From Escherichia coli (GTDB taxonomy: Bacteria; Pseudomonadota; Gammaproteobacteria; Enterobacterales; Enterobacteriaceae), in assembly GCF_029227855.1 (NCBI RefSeq), contig NZ_CP074356.1: a stretch of 64,000 nucleotides of DNA, one strand, 5' to 3'. This document shows positions 1 through 9,491 of the stretch, piece by piece. The number at the start of each line of letters is the position of its first letter. Positions within the stretch are counted from its first letter, which is position 1. Both the position numbers and the translations under genes were made by a program. The notes under the pieces were generated by a model. It was given only the letters and a program-made list of their open reading frames with translations. It was not told the origin of the DNA and ran no database searches.

Positions 1-1
1 C

Positions 2-352
2 ATTCTCATCGCCATGTTGCTGAACTCACTGGTGGGGATTGTGCTATTCGTCTCCATTTTATGGTTTAAACAAGGGATGGCAGGGTTTGGCGAACTGGTT
101 TCCAGCGTGCGTTGGTGGACACTGATTCCTGGCTTGCTGGGATCATTTTTTGTCTTTGCCAGTATCAGCGGATATCAAAACGTTGGCGCGGCAACGACCA
201 TTGCAGTACTGGTCGCCAGTCAGTTGATTGGAGGGCTGGCGCTGGATATTTTGCGTAGCCATGGTGTGCCGCTGCGGGCGCTAATCGGCCCAATTTGTGG
301 CGCGATTTTACTCGTGGTTGGCGCCTGGCTGGTGGCCAGGCGCACATTTTAA
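2..352 (+). CDS. ydcZ: Inner membrane protein YdcZ (DUF606), C-terminal part; 5' end lies outside the window
   Basis: ORF 14..352 is hydrophobic and matches the remembered YdcZ C-terminus; reading frame is open from the window edge; synteny with ydcY. Confidence 0.8.
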   Translation: MLIAMLLNSLVGIVLFVSILWFKQGMAGFGELVSSVRWWTLIPGLLGSFFVFASISGYQNVGAATTIAVLVASQLIGGLALDILRSHGVPLRALIGPICGAILLVVGAWLVARRTF

Positions 353-586
353 TCAGAGGATGGTGCCACCTTTGGTTAACTGTTCGTGGCGCGCTTCCAT
401 ATCTTCTTTATGTTTGCGACCGTGATGGGCGATCGCTGTGCGCAGACGCTGCTGCTGGGTATAGCGTTCTTCCCGACTTAACTCCGCATCATCGCTCAGG
501 GCGATTAATAATTCGTTCATATGGGCAATGACGCTCTCTTCAATCGCGGCATCCACGCGCGCGATGACTTCATCCAGATGCGACAT
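353..586 (-). CDS. ydcY: Small protein YdcY (77 aa), function unknown
   Basis: 77-aa ORF with length and position as in K-12, between ydcZ and ortT. Confidence 0.8.
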   Translation of the reverse strand: MSHLDEVIARVDAAIEESVIAHMNELLIALSDDAELSREERYTQQQRLRTAIAHHGRKHKEDMEARHEQLTKGGTIL

Positions 587-671
587 ACTTTCTCCTTAGC
601 CACTTGTGAAATTTATCGATTCATCCAAATGATATAAGTCTGCGTGGTGCCGTCAAGCCAGTGAGTAAGAT

Positions 672-845
672 TTAAAACAGTGAAAACAACAGCGCCACCG
701 GGAAACTCATCGGCCATGTTGCCCCCACCAGAAAGGCGCTTAAGAAACGGATGCGTTTCTTATCGTGAGAAAGAAACCAGGTGATAAGAAATGAGATTGC
801 TGCCATAACCGCATAAAAAACAAGCATATGTTGATAGAGAGACAT
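672..845 (-). CDS. ortT: Orphan membrane toxin OrtT (YdcX), 57 aa
   Basis: ORF 672..893; internal ATG at 845 gives the 57-aa hydrophobic protein MSLYQHMLVFYAVMAAISFL... matching OrtT. Confidence 0.8.
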   Translation of the reverse strand: MSLYQHMLVFYAVMAAISFLITWFLSHDKKRIRFLSAFLVGATWPMSFPVALLFSLF

Positions 846-1039
846 GTACGGGCGTCCAGCCAGATGAATAAAACGCGCGCAAATATGCGTCATTTTTTGA
901 CGTACATCAAGTTTTTTAACCGGTTTGAGAAAAAAACATCAAACAGCAACTTGCCCTTATCCATCTTCAGAATGAGTATTATTGCGGATTTTCTTAACCC
1001 GTACTATACACATAGGGGCAATGATAAAAGGTGGCAAAA

Positions 1040-1135
1040 ATGAATGTTTCCAGTAGAACTGTAGTACTGATAAATGTCTTTGCTGCTGTTGGTTTGTTTA
1101 CTCTTATCTCTATGAGATTTGGCTGGTTTATTTGA
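1040..1135 (+). CDS. yncL: Small inner-membrane protein YncL (31 aa)
   Basis: ATG at 1040 preceded by AGGTGG; translates to MNVSSRTVVLINVFAAVGLFTLISMRFGWFI, one predicted TM helix; below the 60-aa cut-off of the ORF track. Confidence 0.7.
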   Translation: MNVSSRTVVLINVFAAVGLFTLISMRFGWFI

Positions 1136-1157
1136 TGTAGTGATTTTGCACGCAGCA

Positions 1158-1192
1158 CGTACTGTCAGAGAAATCAGTGCTCTGACAGTACG
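1158..1192. terminator. 13-bp perfect-stem hairpin between convergent yncL and patD; putative bidirectional terminator or REP-like structure
   Basis: cgtactgtcagag / ctctgacagtacg inverted repeat with 9-nt loop, seen directly; no clear U-tract on either side. Confidence 0.35.
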
Positions 1193-1231
1193 CAAGATCT
1201 TCTCATACTCTTACGATCTGCAATATTATCC

Positions 1232-2656
1232 TTAATGTTTAACCATGACGTGGCGGACGACGGTGTAATCCTCCAGCCCATAAAGTGACATATCCTTGCC
1301 GTAACCAGAAAGTTTCTGCCCACCGTGCGGCATTTCACTTACCAGCATGAAATGGGTATTGACCCAGGTACAACCATATTGCAGCCGCGCGCTGACGCGA
1401 TGCGCCCTGCCCACATCTTTCGTCCATACCGAGGATGCAAGTCCGTACTGGCTGTCATTTGCCCAGTTTACCACCTGTTCTTCATTGTCGAAGAGCGTAA
1501 CACTCACTACTGGACCAAATACCTCTTTTTGCACGATGGCATCGTCCTGTAATGCGCCAGCCAGTAGCGTCGGCGCATAGTAATAGCCATTACCCTTGCG
1601 CTTTTCACCGCCAGTGATCACTTTGATGTGCCCTGTCGCTTTCGCCTCTTCTACCGCCTTGCTGACGCGTTCGAGATGCGCCAGCGAACTTAAAGGTCCA
1701 AGCTCCGTAGAGTCGTCATCCGGCGCACCCGATTTTAACGTTGCCACTGCAGCACCAAGTTTTTCCACCAGCGTATCGTAAATGCCTTTTTGCGCATAGA
1801 TCCGACAAGCCGCTGTACAATCCTGTCCGGCATTGTAATAGCCAAAAGTACGTACACCTTCGACCACCGCTTCAATATCCGCATCATCAAAAACTATCAC
1901 TGGCGCTTTGCCACCAAGTTCCATATGAGTACGCTTTATGGACGGCGCAGTATGGCTGATGATGTGTTCCCCAGTGGCGATAGAGCCCGTCAGCGACACC
2001 ATCCGCACTTTAGGATGTCCGGTCAGCGGATCGCCCACCGTTTTGCCTCTGCCAAACAGTACGTTAATCACGCCTGCCGGGAAGATATCTTTCGCCAGCT
2101 CTGCCAACTTCAACGCGGTCAGCGGGGTAATTTCTGATGGTTTAAGCACTACGCAGTTTCCTGCCGCCAGCGCCGGAGCCAGTTTCCACGCGGCCATCAT
2201 CAGCGGATAATTCCACGGTGCGATCGAAGCCACGACCCCCAACGGATCGCGACGGATCATCGAAGTATGACCTTTAAGATATTCACCTGCCGCCAGACCA
2301 TTCAGACAGCGCGCCGCACCAGCGAAAAAGCGAAAAACATCGACAATCGCCGGGATTTCATCATTGAACGCACTATGCAGCGGTTTGCCACAATTACGGG
2401 ACTCCAGTTCGGCAAAAACCTGACCATTTTCTTCGATAACATCAGCCAGTTTCAGCAGACATTCCGCACGCACTTTCGGCGTGGTTTGCCCCCATTCGGC
2501 AAATGCTGCATCTGCCGCGCGCACAGCAGCATCGACCTGCTCTGCGGATGCCTCGGCAATCTCCAGTAAAACGTCCCCCGTTGCCGGATTATAGACAGGC
2601 TGTTTTTCCCCTTCGCCGCTAACCAGTTCTCCGTTAATCAGTAAATTATGTTGCAT
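1232..2656 (-). CDS. patD: Gamma-aminobutyraldehyde dehydrogenase PatD (YdcW), 474 aa
   Basis: Full-length aldehyde dehydrogenase ORF with the catalytic Cys/Glu region (ELGGKAP... GQDCTA); sequence recognised as PatD. Confidence 0.95.
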   Translation of the reverse strand: MQHNLLINGELVSGEGEKQPVYNPATGDVLLEIAEASAEQVDAAVRAADAAFAEWGQTTPKVRAECLLKLADVIEENGQVFAELESRNCGKPLHSAFNDEIPAIVDVFRFFAGAARCLNGLAAGEYLKGHTSMIRRDPLGVVASIAPWNYPLMMAAWKLAPALAAGNCVVLKPSEITPLTALKLAELAKDIFPAGVINVLFGRGKTVGDPLTGHPKVRMVSLTGSIATGEHIISHTAPSIKRTHMELGGKAPVIVFDDADIEAVVEGVRTFGYYNAGQDCTAACRIYAQKGIYDTLVEKLGAAVATLKSGAPDDDSTELGPLSSLAHLERVSKAVEEAKATGHIKVITGGEKRKGNGYYYAPTLLAGALQDDAIVQKEVFGPVVSVTLFDNEEQVVNWANDSQYGLASSVWTKDVGRAHRVSARLQYGCTWVNTHFMLVSEMPHGGQKLSGYGKDMSLYGLEDYTVVRHVMVKH

Positions 2657-2677
2657 AGCATATTCCTGTATCAGTGG

Positions 2678-3472
2678 TTATTGACCATTGTCGCCTTCGC
2701 GGGTTAGCCACCAGGCCCCCAGGATCGGCAAGGTTGTTACCAACATAACCAGCAGTGCCACCACGTTGGTTACCGGTACATCACGCGGTCGCCCAAGCTG
2801 ATTGAGCAACCACAACGGTAACGTTCGTTCATGACCTGCCGTAAAGGTCGTCACGATGATTTCATCGAACGACAAGGCAAACGCCAGCATTCCTCCTGCC
2901 AGTAGCGCCGAACTGAGATTCGGCAACACTACGTAGCGGAAGGTTTGCCAGCCATTGGCCCCAAGATCCATTGATGCCTCAACCAGACTCCACGAGGTGC
3001 GGCGAAAACGGGCGATGACATTGTTAAACACCACCACTACGCAAAAAGTCGCATGGCCGACCACGATGGTGAAAAATCCCGGCTCCAGATTGATGGTTTT
3101 AAAGGCGGTTAATAGCACCAGACCAGTGACAATGCCCGGCAGCGCAATGGGCAGCAGCAGTAACAGCGAAATGGCATTTTTGCCGAAAAAGTCTCGTCGC
3201 CACAGCGCAGCAGCTGCCAGCGTCCCTAACACCAGCGCGATTAATGTCGCCAGCGCTGCCACTTTAAGTGACAGTGTCACTGCATCAAGAATATCACTAC
3301 GCTGTGCTGCCACGCTAAACCAGCGCAGCGTCAGGCCTTGCGGTGGAAAACTAAACGCCGCATCTTCAGTGTTAAACGCATAGGCGGCGATAATCAGGAT
3401 GGGAAAATGTAGGAAAACCACGCCGCCCCAGGCCGCCAGTTTGAGGAAAAACGGTGCGCGTTCAGAGTGCAT
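2678..3472 (-). CDS. ydcV: ABC transporter permease YdcV (264 aa)
   Basis: Multi-TM ORF with ABC permease signature; synteny in the ydcSTUV-patD operon. Confidence 0.9.
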   Translation of the reverse strand: MHSERAPFFLKLAAWGGVVFLHFPILIIAAYAFNTEDAAFSFPPQGLTLRWFSVAAQRSDILDAVTLSLKVAALATLIALVLGTLAAAALWRRDFFGKNAISLLLLLPIALPGIVTGLVLLTAFKTINLEPGFFTIVVGHATFCVVVVFNNVIARFRRTSWSLVEASMDLGANGWQTFRYVVLPNLSSALLAGGMLAFALSFDEIIVTTFTAGHERTLPLWLLNQLGRPRDVPVTNVVALLVMLVTTLPILGAWWLTREGDNGQ

Positions 3473-4403
3473 CGAACGCTCCCAGACGTTTCACGAACGC
3501 CAGGTACAGTGCGATAAGAACAATCGGCACCAGGGTGAATGCCGCCGCCATCGGCATATTGCCAATCGCTCCCTGCTGGGAATAAACCATATTGCCGATA
3601 AAATATCCTGGAGGGCCAACCAGCTGAGGAACAATAAAATCGCCCAGTGTGAGTGAAAAGGTAAAGATAGAGCCAGCGGCAATACCAGGGATTGCCAGCG
3701 GCAGCACCACATAGCGAAAGGTTTGCCGTGGACGCGCGCCAAGATCAGCCGACGCCTGCAACAATGACAGCGGCAAACGCTCAAGCGCCGCCTGCACGGG
3801 CAGGATCATGAACGGCAACCAGATATAGAGAAACACCAGAAAGCGCCCCAGCCCGGAAGTTGACAGCGTATTGCCGCCCACCGCAGGTAATGTAAGGAAC
3901 GCAGTCAGCAGTGGTTCCAGCCCAAGATGTTGTAAAAACCACTGAGCCACGCCATCTTTTGCCAGCAATAACGTCCAGGCATAGGCTTTAACAATGTAGC
4001 TCGCCCACATCGGCAACATTACCGCAATATAAAAAAACGCTTTCATTTTCCCGCTGGTATAGCGCGCCATATACCACGCCATTGGAAAAGCCAGAATGGC
4101 GCTGGCGATAGTGACTGCCACAGCCATGGTCAGCGTGCGGAGAATGATGTCGTAATTCGCTGGATTAAACAGCGCACGGATATTCGCCAGCGTCAGTTCC
4201 GGCGTTACCGACATGGTGAAATCGTCAAAAGTATAAAAGCCCTGCCATAACAGCGTTAACAGCGAGCCGAAATAGACAATGCCAAACCACATTAGCGGGC
4301 CAAGCAGTAGCAAAAATAGCCCCAGTCCTGGTTTTCGCCAGAAAAAGCCGGATATCTTTCCAACTCCTGGACGTGAAGGTGATTGCAATACGTTCATCGC
4401 CAT
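3462..4403 (-). CDS. ydcU: ABC transporter permease YdcU (313 aa)
   Basis: Multi-TM ORF; overlaps ydcV start by 11 nt (translational coupling); synteny. Confidence 0.9.
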   Translation of the reverse strand: MAMNVLQSPSRPGVGKISGFFWRKPGLGLFLLLLGPLMWFGIVYFGSLLTLLWQGFYTFDDFTMSVTPELTLANIRALFNPANYDIILRTLTMAVAVTIASAILAFPMAWYMARYTSGKMKAFFYIAVMLPMWASYIVKAYAWTLLLAKDGVAQWFLQHLGLEPLLTAFLTLPAVGGNTLSTSGLGRFLVFLYIWLPFMILPVQAALERLPLSLLQASADLGARPRQTFRYVVLPLAIPGIAAGSIFTFSLTLGDFIVPQLVGPPGYFIGNMVYSQQGAIGNMPMAAAFTLVPIVLIALYLAFVKRLGAFDAL

Positions 4404-5417
4404 TCACCTCTCCTCAACCAGCGATACCATCACATCACGCGACCAGGAAACCATCACCTGTTGTCCGGGCGTGAGCGTGGCGGGCAGTTCTTCGCCTGTC
4501 ATATTGGCCTGACTCACAAGCAGTTTTTCACCGCCGCTCAATTTCAGTTCAAAACGAGTTGCCGCGCCCTGATATTGCACCGCCTGGATCGTGCCATTGG
4601 CCTGCAGTTCACCAGGGGTGTTGAGGCGGATATGTTCCGGTCGCAGGGCGAAGCTTCCCGTCATGCCACAAAGTTTCTCTGCCATCAGTCCATCAAAAAC
4701 ATTCGATGTACCAACGAACCCGGCAACAAACGGCGTGCGCGGGCGCATATAGAGATCACGCGGGGAATCGACCTGCTCAATGCGTCCATTATTGAAAACC
4801 GCCACACGATCGGACATCGATAACGCTTCGCCCTGATCGTGGGTAACGAAGATAAAAGTGATACCGAGAGACTGTTGCAGCTTTTTCAGTTCCAGTTGCA
4901 TCTGCTCACGCAATTTGAGATCCAGTGCGCCGAGCGGTTCATCCAGCAATAACACACGCGGTTCGTTCACCAGTGCTCTGGCGATGGCGACTCGCTGGCG
5001 CTGACCACCAGAAAGTTGTGACGGTTTGCGTTGCTGTACAAACCCCAACGCCACTTTCTCCAGCGCCTCTTGCGCCATTGCGTGTCGCTGCTTTTTATTC
5101 ACGCCTTTGACCATCAGCCCATAGGCGACATTGTCAAGAATCGACATATGCGGAAATAGTGCGTAGTCCTGGAAGACAGTATTCACGTCCCGCTCCCACG
5201 GTGGCAGATTGCTGGCGGGTTTACCAAAGATAGAGATAGCCCCGCCGGAAAGCTGTTCGAAGCCAGCAATCAGGCGCAGGCAGGTGGTTTTGCCGGAGCC
5301 GGACGGCCCCAGCATAGAGAAGAACTCACCATCTTTTATCGCAATACTGACGCCATCTACTGCGCGCACGTCACCGTACAACCGCGAGACGTTGTCAAAC
5401 TCCACTGCGTACGTCAT
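4404..5417 (-). CDS. ydcT: ABC transporter ATP-binding protein YdcT (337 aa)
   Basis: Walker A GPSGSGKTT, ABC signature LSGGQRQR and Walker B LLLDEP visible in the translation. Confidence 0.9.
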   Translation of the reverse strand: MTYAVEFDNVSRLYGDVRAVDGVSIAIKDGEFFSMLGPSGSGKTTCLRLIAGFEQLSGGAISIFGKPASNLPPWERDVNTVFQDYALFPHMSILDNVAYGLMVKGVNKKQRHAMAQEALEKVALGFVQQRKPSQLSGGQRQRVAIARALVNEPRVLLLDEPLGALDLKLREQMQLELKKLQQSLGITFIFVTHDQGEALSMSDRVAVFNNGRIEQVDSPRDLYMRPRTPFVAGFVGTSNVFDGLMAEKLCGMTGSFALRPEHIRLNTPGELQANGTIQAVQYQGAATRFELKLSGGEKLLVSQANMTGEELPATLTPGQQVMVSWSRDVMVSLVEER

Positions 5418-5434
5418 AAAACACCCCAGCGAAG

Positions 5435-6580
5435 TTAGCGACCGCCCATAATGGCAATGTAATCCTGCGTCCAGCGACTGTAGGGAACAAACTTGCCCCC
5501 TTCTGCTATAGGTGTTTTCCAGAAGGCGATTTTATCGAAATAGTTAAAACCGTTTGTTTCACACCCTTTCTCGCCTAATAACGGACTGGCTTTACACCCT
5601 TCCGGCACTACCGGTAACGAGCCAAACCAGGCCGCCACATCGCCCTGCACTTTTGGCGTTAATGACCAGTTCATCCATTTGTAGGCGCAAACCGGATGTT
5701 TCGCTTCACTATGTAGCATGGTGGTGTCAGCCCAACCGGTAACGCCCTCTTTCGGGAATACGGTCGCGACAGGCTGGCCTTCGGCTTTCAGGGCGTTGGC
5801 CTGATAGGGCCATGCACTGGAAGCAACCACACCCTCGTTTTTGAAATCGCTCATTTGCACGGTAGTGTCATGCCAGTAGCGATGGATCAAACTATGTTGA
5901 TCGCGCAGCACTTTCAGCACCGCCTGGTACTGTTCTTCGGTGAGTTGATACGGATCGCTGATGCCCAACTGCGGCTGAGTGGCTTTAACGAACAACGCAG
6001 CGTCCGCAATGTAGATAGGGCCATCATAAGCCTGAACGCGGCCTTTATTGCTCTTGCCGTCCGGCAGATTCTGCTCAACAAAAACCACTTGCCAGCTATC
6101 CGGCGGCGTCGGGAAGGTTTTAGTGTTGTACATCAGCAGGTTCGGTCCCCATTGGTAAGGTGTGCCGTAAACTTTGCCGCCAACGTTAAACCAGTCGCCT
6201 TTAACCACGCGCGGATCGAGCGCTTTCCAGTTGGGAATCAAGGCGGTATTAATCGGCTGCACGCGTTTGCCCATAATCAAACGCAGCGAGGCATCGCCAG
6301 ATGCCGTAACCAGATCGTAACCCCCTTTGGTCATCAGACTGACCATTTCATCGGAAGTCGCGGCGGTTTTCACATTCACCGCGCAGCCTGTCTCTTTTTC
6401 GAATTGCGTTACCCAGTCGTATTGTTTATCAGTTTGTCCGCGTTCGATGTATCCCGGCCAGGCGATAATATCCAGTCGCCCTTCCGGTTTATCTAAATTG
6501 GTAGGCGGTTCGGCGGCGTGAGCGGTCATTATTGTCATGGTGAGCGCACACAGGCTGCTGCGGGCAAATGTCTTGCTCAT
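5435..6580 (-). CDS. ydcS: Periplasmic polyamine-type substrate-binding protein YdcS (381 aa), with signal peptide
   Basis: N-terminal signal peptide (MSKTFARSSLCALTMTIMTAHA) followed by a PotD/PotF-like binding-protein fold; first gene of the operon. Confidence 0.9.
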   Translation of the reverse strand: MSKTFARSSLCALTMTIMTAHAAEPPTNLDKPEGRLDIIAWPGYIERGQTDKQYDWVTQFEKETGCAVNVKTAATSDEMVSLMTKGGYDLVTASGDASLRLIMGKRVQPINTALIPNWKALDPRVVKGDWFNVGGKVYGTPYQWGPNLLMYNTKTFPTPPDSWQVVFVEQNLPDGKSNKGRVQAYDGPIYIADAALFVKATQPQLGISDPYQLTEEQYQAVLKVLRDQHSLIHRYWHDTTVQMSDFKNEGVVASSAWPYQANALKAEGQPVATVFPKEGVTGWADTTMLHSEAKHPVCAYKWMNWSLTPKVQGDVAAWFGSLPVVPEGCKASPLLGEKGCETNGFNYFDKIAFWKTPIAEGGKFVPYSRWTQDYIAIMGGR

Positions 6581-6824
6581 AAGGTCTTACTCCTGTCGTA
6601 ATTAATTGTTCAGCCGCCGTGCCGTAAAAATATCTCCTTGTTTAACCATAGACGGCGGCTTGCAGGCACACCTTCGCCCCTGAGAAAATTTAATCAGGTT
6701 GTGAGCTACCGCGCATTATGCCGTCTGTAAGGTTATCTTCTGGAGTATAGACAAGGAGTTAGGAAATATGACTGCTATTCGAAATTCATATTACTTAACC
6801 TGAGAGGAATTAAATTAAACGCTA

Positions 6825-8231
6825 TTACAGTCGTTCTTGAATAAGTTTGCCTAATTGTTTAACCGCCTGTTCTTCGCGCTCGCCCCACTGCCACGCGGTA
6901 TTAAAACGGAAAAAACGTGACCAGTTTTCACCGGTAGAAAACATTTTACCCGGCGCAATACTGATATGATGCGCCAGTGCCTCCAGGCTTAATTCGCCCG
7001 CATCTAACGGCGCGGGGAGCTCCAGCCAGAGAAAATAACCGCTGTCATTATGATGAATTTTCACTTCCGCAGGCAGATAACGCAGCAGTGCCTGCCAGGC
7101 ACGTTGTTTACGCTCCGCAAGCTGGCGACGCAAGCGACGAAGATGGGCGTCGTATCGGCGCGTGGAAAGGTAATCCACCAGTGCAAGCTGCATCGGTGAG
7201 CTGGTGGAAAGCGTACTCATCAACTGCAAGCGTTGAATTTTACGGGCATGTTTTCCGGCGGCGACCCAACCAATACGAAAACCAGGCACCAGACATTTCG
7301 AAAACGAAGAGCAATACAAAACGCCATCGTGGCGATCCCACGCTTTCGCAGGCAGCGGTTTTTCCCGTCCAAAATAAAGTTCGCTGTACACGTCATCTTC
7401 AATCAGCGTTACGTTGTACTGATTGAGCAACGCTACCAGACTCGCTTTTTTCTGCGGCGTTAAGGTAAATCCGAGTGGATTCTGGCTATTAGTCATCAGC
7501 CAGCACGCTTTCACCGGATACTCCTGCAACGCCAGTTCCAGCGCCTTGAGATCAATCCCTTCTTTAACGTCCGTCGCCACCGATAACGCCTTCAGCCGTA
7601 ACCGCTCCAGCGCCTGCAACGCGCCGTAGAAACAAGGATTCTCAACTATCACCCAATCGCCCGGTTCAGTTACCGCTTGCAAACTGAGGTTTAATGCCTC
7701 TAACGCCCCGGCGGTAATGACAATTTCATCAGGAGAGATAGTGATGCCCTGTAAGGCATAGCGACGAGCAATAGCCTGACGCAGTTCTGCGTTTCCTGGC
7801 GGTAAGTTTTCAATCACGCTCATCGCCGTGGCGGTTTTGCTTACCTGCGCCAACGAGCGGTTGAGTTGTTGAAGCGGAAACAGTCGCGGGTCGGGAAAGG
7901 CCGAGGCAAACGGAACTACCGACGGATCGCGACTGGCCTGCAACATATCAAAAATATAGGTGTTGATATCGACTGCTTCATCTCGAGTGACAGGAATGAC
8001 TGGCGCTTTCGGCATTTTTATTGCCTGTGGCGCAACGTAATAACCCGATTGCGGTCGAGCGATAATATGTCCCTGACTTTCGAGCAACTGATAGGCATGG
8101 CTGACAGTCATAAAGCTCATGCCAGAAAGCGCCACCTGGTCACGCAACGAAGGCAAACGATCGCCAGGTTGCCAGATACCCGACGCAATCTGCTCGCGTA
8201 ATTGTTCTGCAAGCTGCTGGTATTTTTTCAT
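6825..8231 (-). CDS. ydcR: MocR/GntR-family transcriptional regulator with aminotransferase-like domain, YdcR (468 aa)
   Basis: N-terminal winged-HTH plus C-terminal fold-type-I PLP domain in the translation; located upstream of the ydcSTUV-patD operon. Confidence 0.9.
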   Translation of the reverse strand: MKKYQQLAEQLREQIASGIWQPGDRLPSLRDQVALSGMSFMTVSHAYQLLESQGHIIARPQSGYYVAPQAIKMPKAPVIPVTRDEAVDINTYIFDMLQASRDPSVVPFASAFPDPRLFPLQQLNRSLAQVSKTATAMSVIENLPPGNAELRQAIARRYALQGITISPDEIVITAGALEALNLSLQAVTEPGDWVIVENPCFYGALQALERLRLKALSVATDVKEGIDLKALELALQEYPVKACWLMTNSQNPLGFTLTPQKKASLVALLNQYNVTLIEDDVYSELYFGREKPLPAKAWDRHDGVLYCSSFSKCLVPGFRIGWVAAGKHARKIQRLQLMSTLSTSSPMQLALVDYLSTRRYDAHLRRLRRQLAERKQRAWQALLRYLPAEVKIHHNDSGYFLWLELPAPLDAGELSLEALAHHISIAPGKMFSTGENWSRFFRFNTAWQWGEREEQAVKQLGKLIQERL

Positions 8232-8309
8232 TATCGAATCGTAATTATGTGCAGATGATTCGGCAGTCTATATCAGTTGTTAAAAATGACAACTTTTCGT
8301 TAACTGTAA

Positions 8310-8747
<438 letters not shown>

Positions 8748-8771
8748 GTCATTAACCTTTTTAATTGGCGA

Positions 8772-8948
8772 TTAACTCAAACCGAGTTGCTTCAGGATTG
8801 CTTTACGCAATGGTTCTTTTATCTCATCACTGGGGTGACGCGGCATGACACTGCGTCGCCCTTGAAACCTGAGTTTCAAATGGTTGCTGCCATTCGCTAC
8901 ATCGACGCCCTGAGATTCGAGCCAACGTCTGAACTCGCTTTGTTTCAC
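8772..8948 (-). CDS. hicA: Type II toxin HicA (58 aa, GTG start), mRNA interferase
   Basis: Hand translation of the minus strand gives VKQSEFRRWLESQGVDVANGSNHLKLRFQGRRSVMPRHPSDEIKEPLRKAILKQLGLS; below the ORF-track length cut-off. Confidence 0.8.
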   Translation of the reverse strand: MKQSEFRRWLESQGVDVANGSNHLKLRFQGRRSVMPRHPSDEIKEPLRKAILKQLGLS

Positions 8949-9169
8949 ATCGCCTCCCTGCCGCTGAGTATATCAACAAAGTAAACATTAGTGTTTACCT
9001 CCGTGTGTAATTTGCTCGAAAATAGCACTAAATCGCCGCAACGGCAGAATGCAATGCAAAATCAGGAAGGAAGATTCCAGAATTTCTTTGCGCTAATTTG
9101 CAAAACTGAATAATAACCTCAAGAAACTATCGGCATCATAGCGGCAAAAGGTGAGAAAAAGGTGGCGGG

Positions 9170-9400
9170 ATGTTTACGAAGGCGTTATCGGTTGTCTTAT
9201 TAACGTGTGCGCTGTTCTCAGGACAACTCATGGCAGGGCACAAAGGACATGAATTTATGTGGGTAAAGAATGTGGATCATCAGCTACGTCATGAAGCGGA
9301 CAGCGATGAATTGCGTGCCGTGGCGGAAGAGTCGGCGGAAGGTTTGCGCGAGCATTTTTACTGGCAAAAATCGCGCAAACCAGAAGCGGGACAACGTTGA
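9170..9400 (+). CDS. yncJ: Secreted small protein YncJ (76 aa)
   Basis: 76-aa ORF with N-terminal signal peptide; position between hicA and rlhA as in K-12. Confidence 0.85.
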   Translation: MFTKALSVVLLTCALFSGQLMAGHKGHEFMWVKNVDHQLRHEADSDELRAVAEESAEGLREHFYWQKSRKPEAGQR

Positions 9401-9409
9401 GTCATTTAT

Positions 9410-9440
9410 TGCCGGATGCGGCGTGACGCCTTACCCGGCC
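9410..9440. repeat. REP (repetitive extragenic palindromic) element
   Basis: tgccggatgcggcgtgacgccttacccggcc matches the E. coli REP consensus; lies between convergent yncJ and rlhA. Confidence 0.6.
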
Positions 9441-9491
9441 AACAATATCATGCAGATTCAATAAGTTGTGAGTAACCAGAAAACTGGCGTT

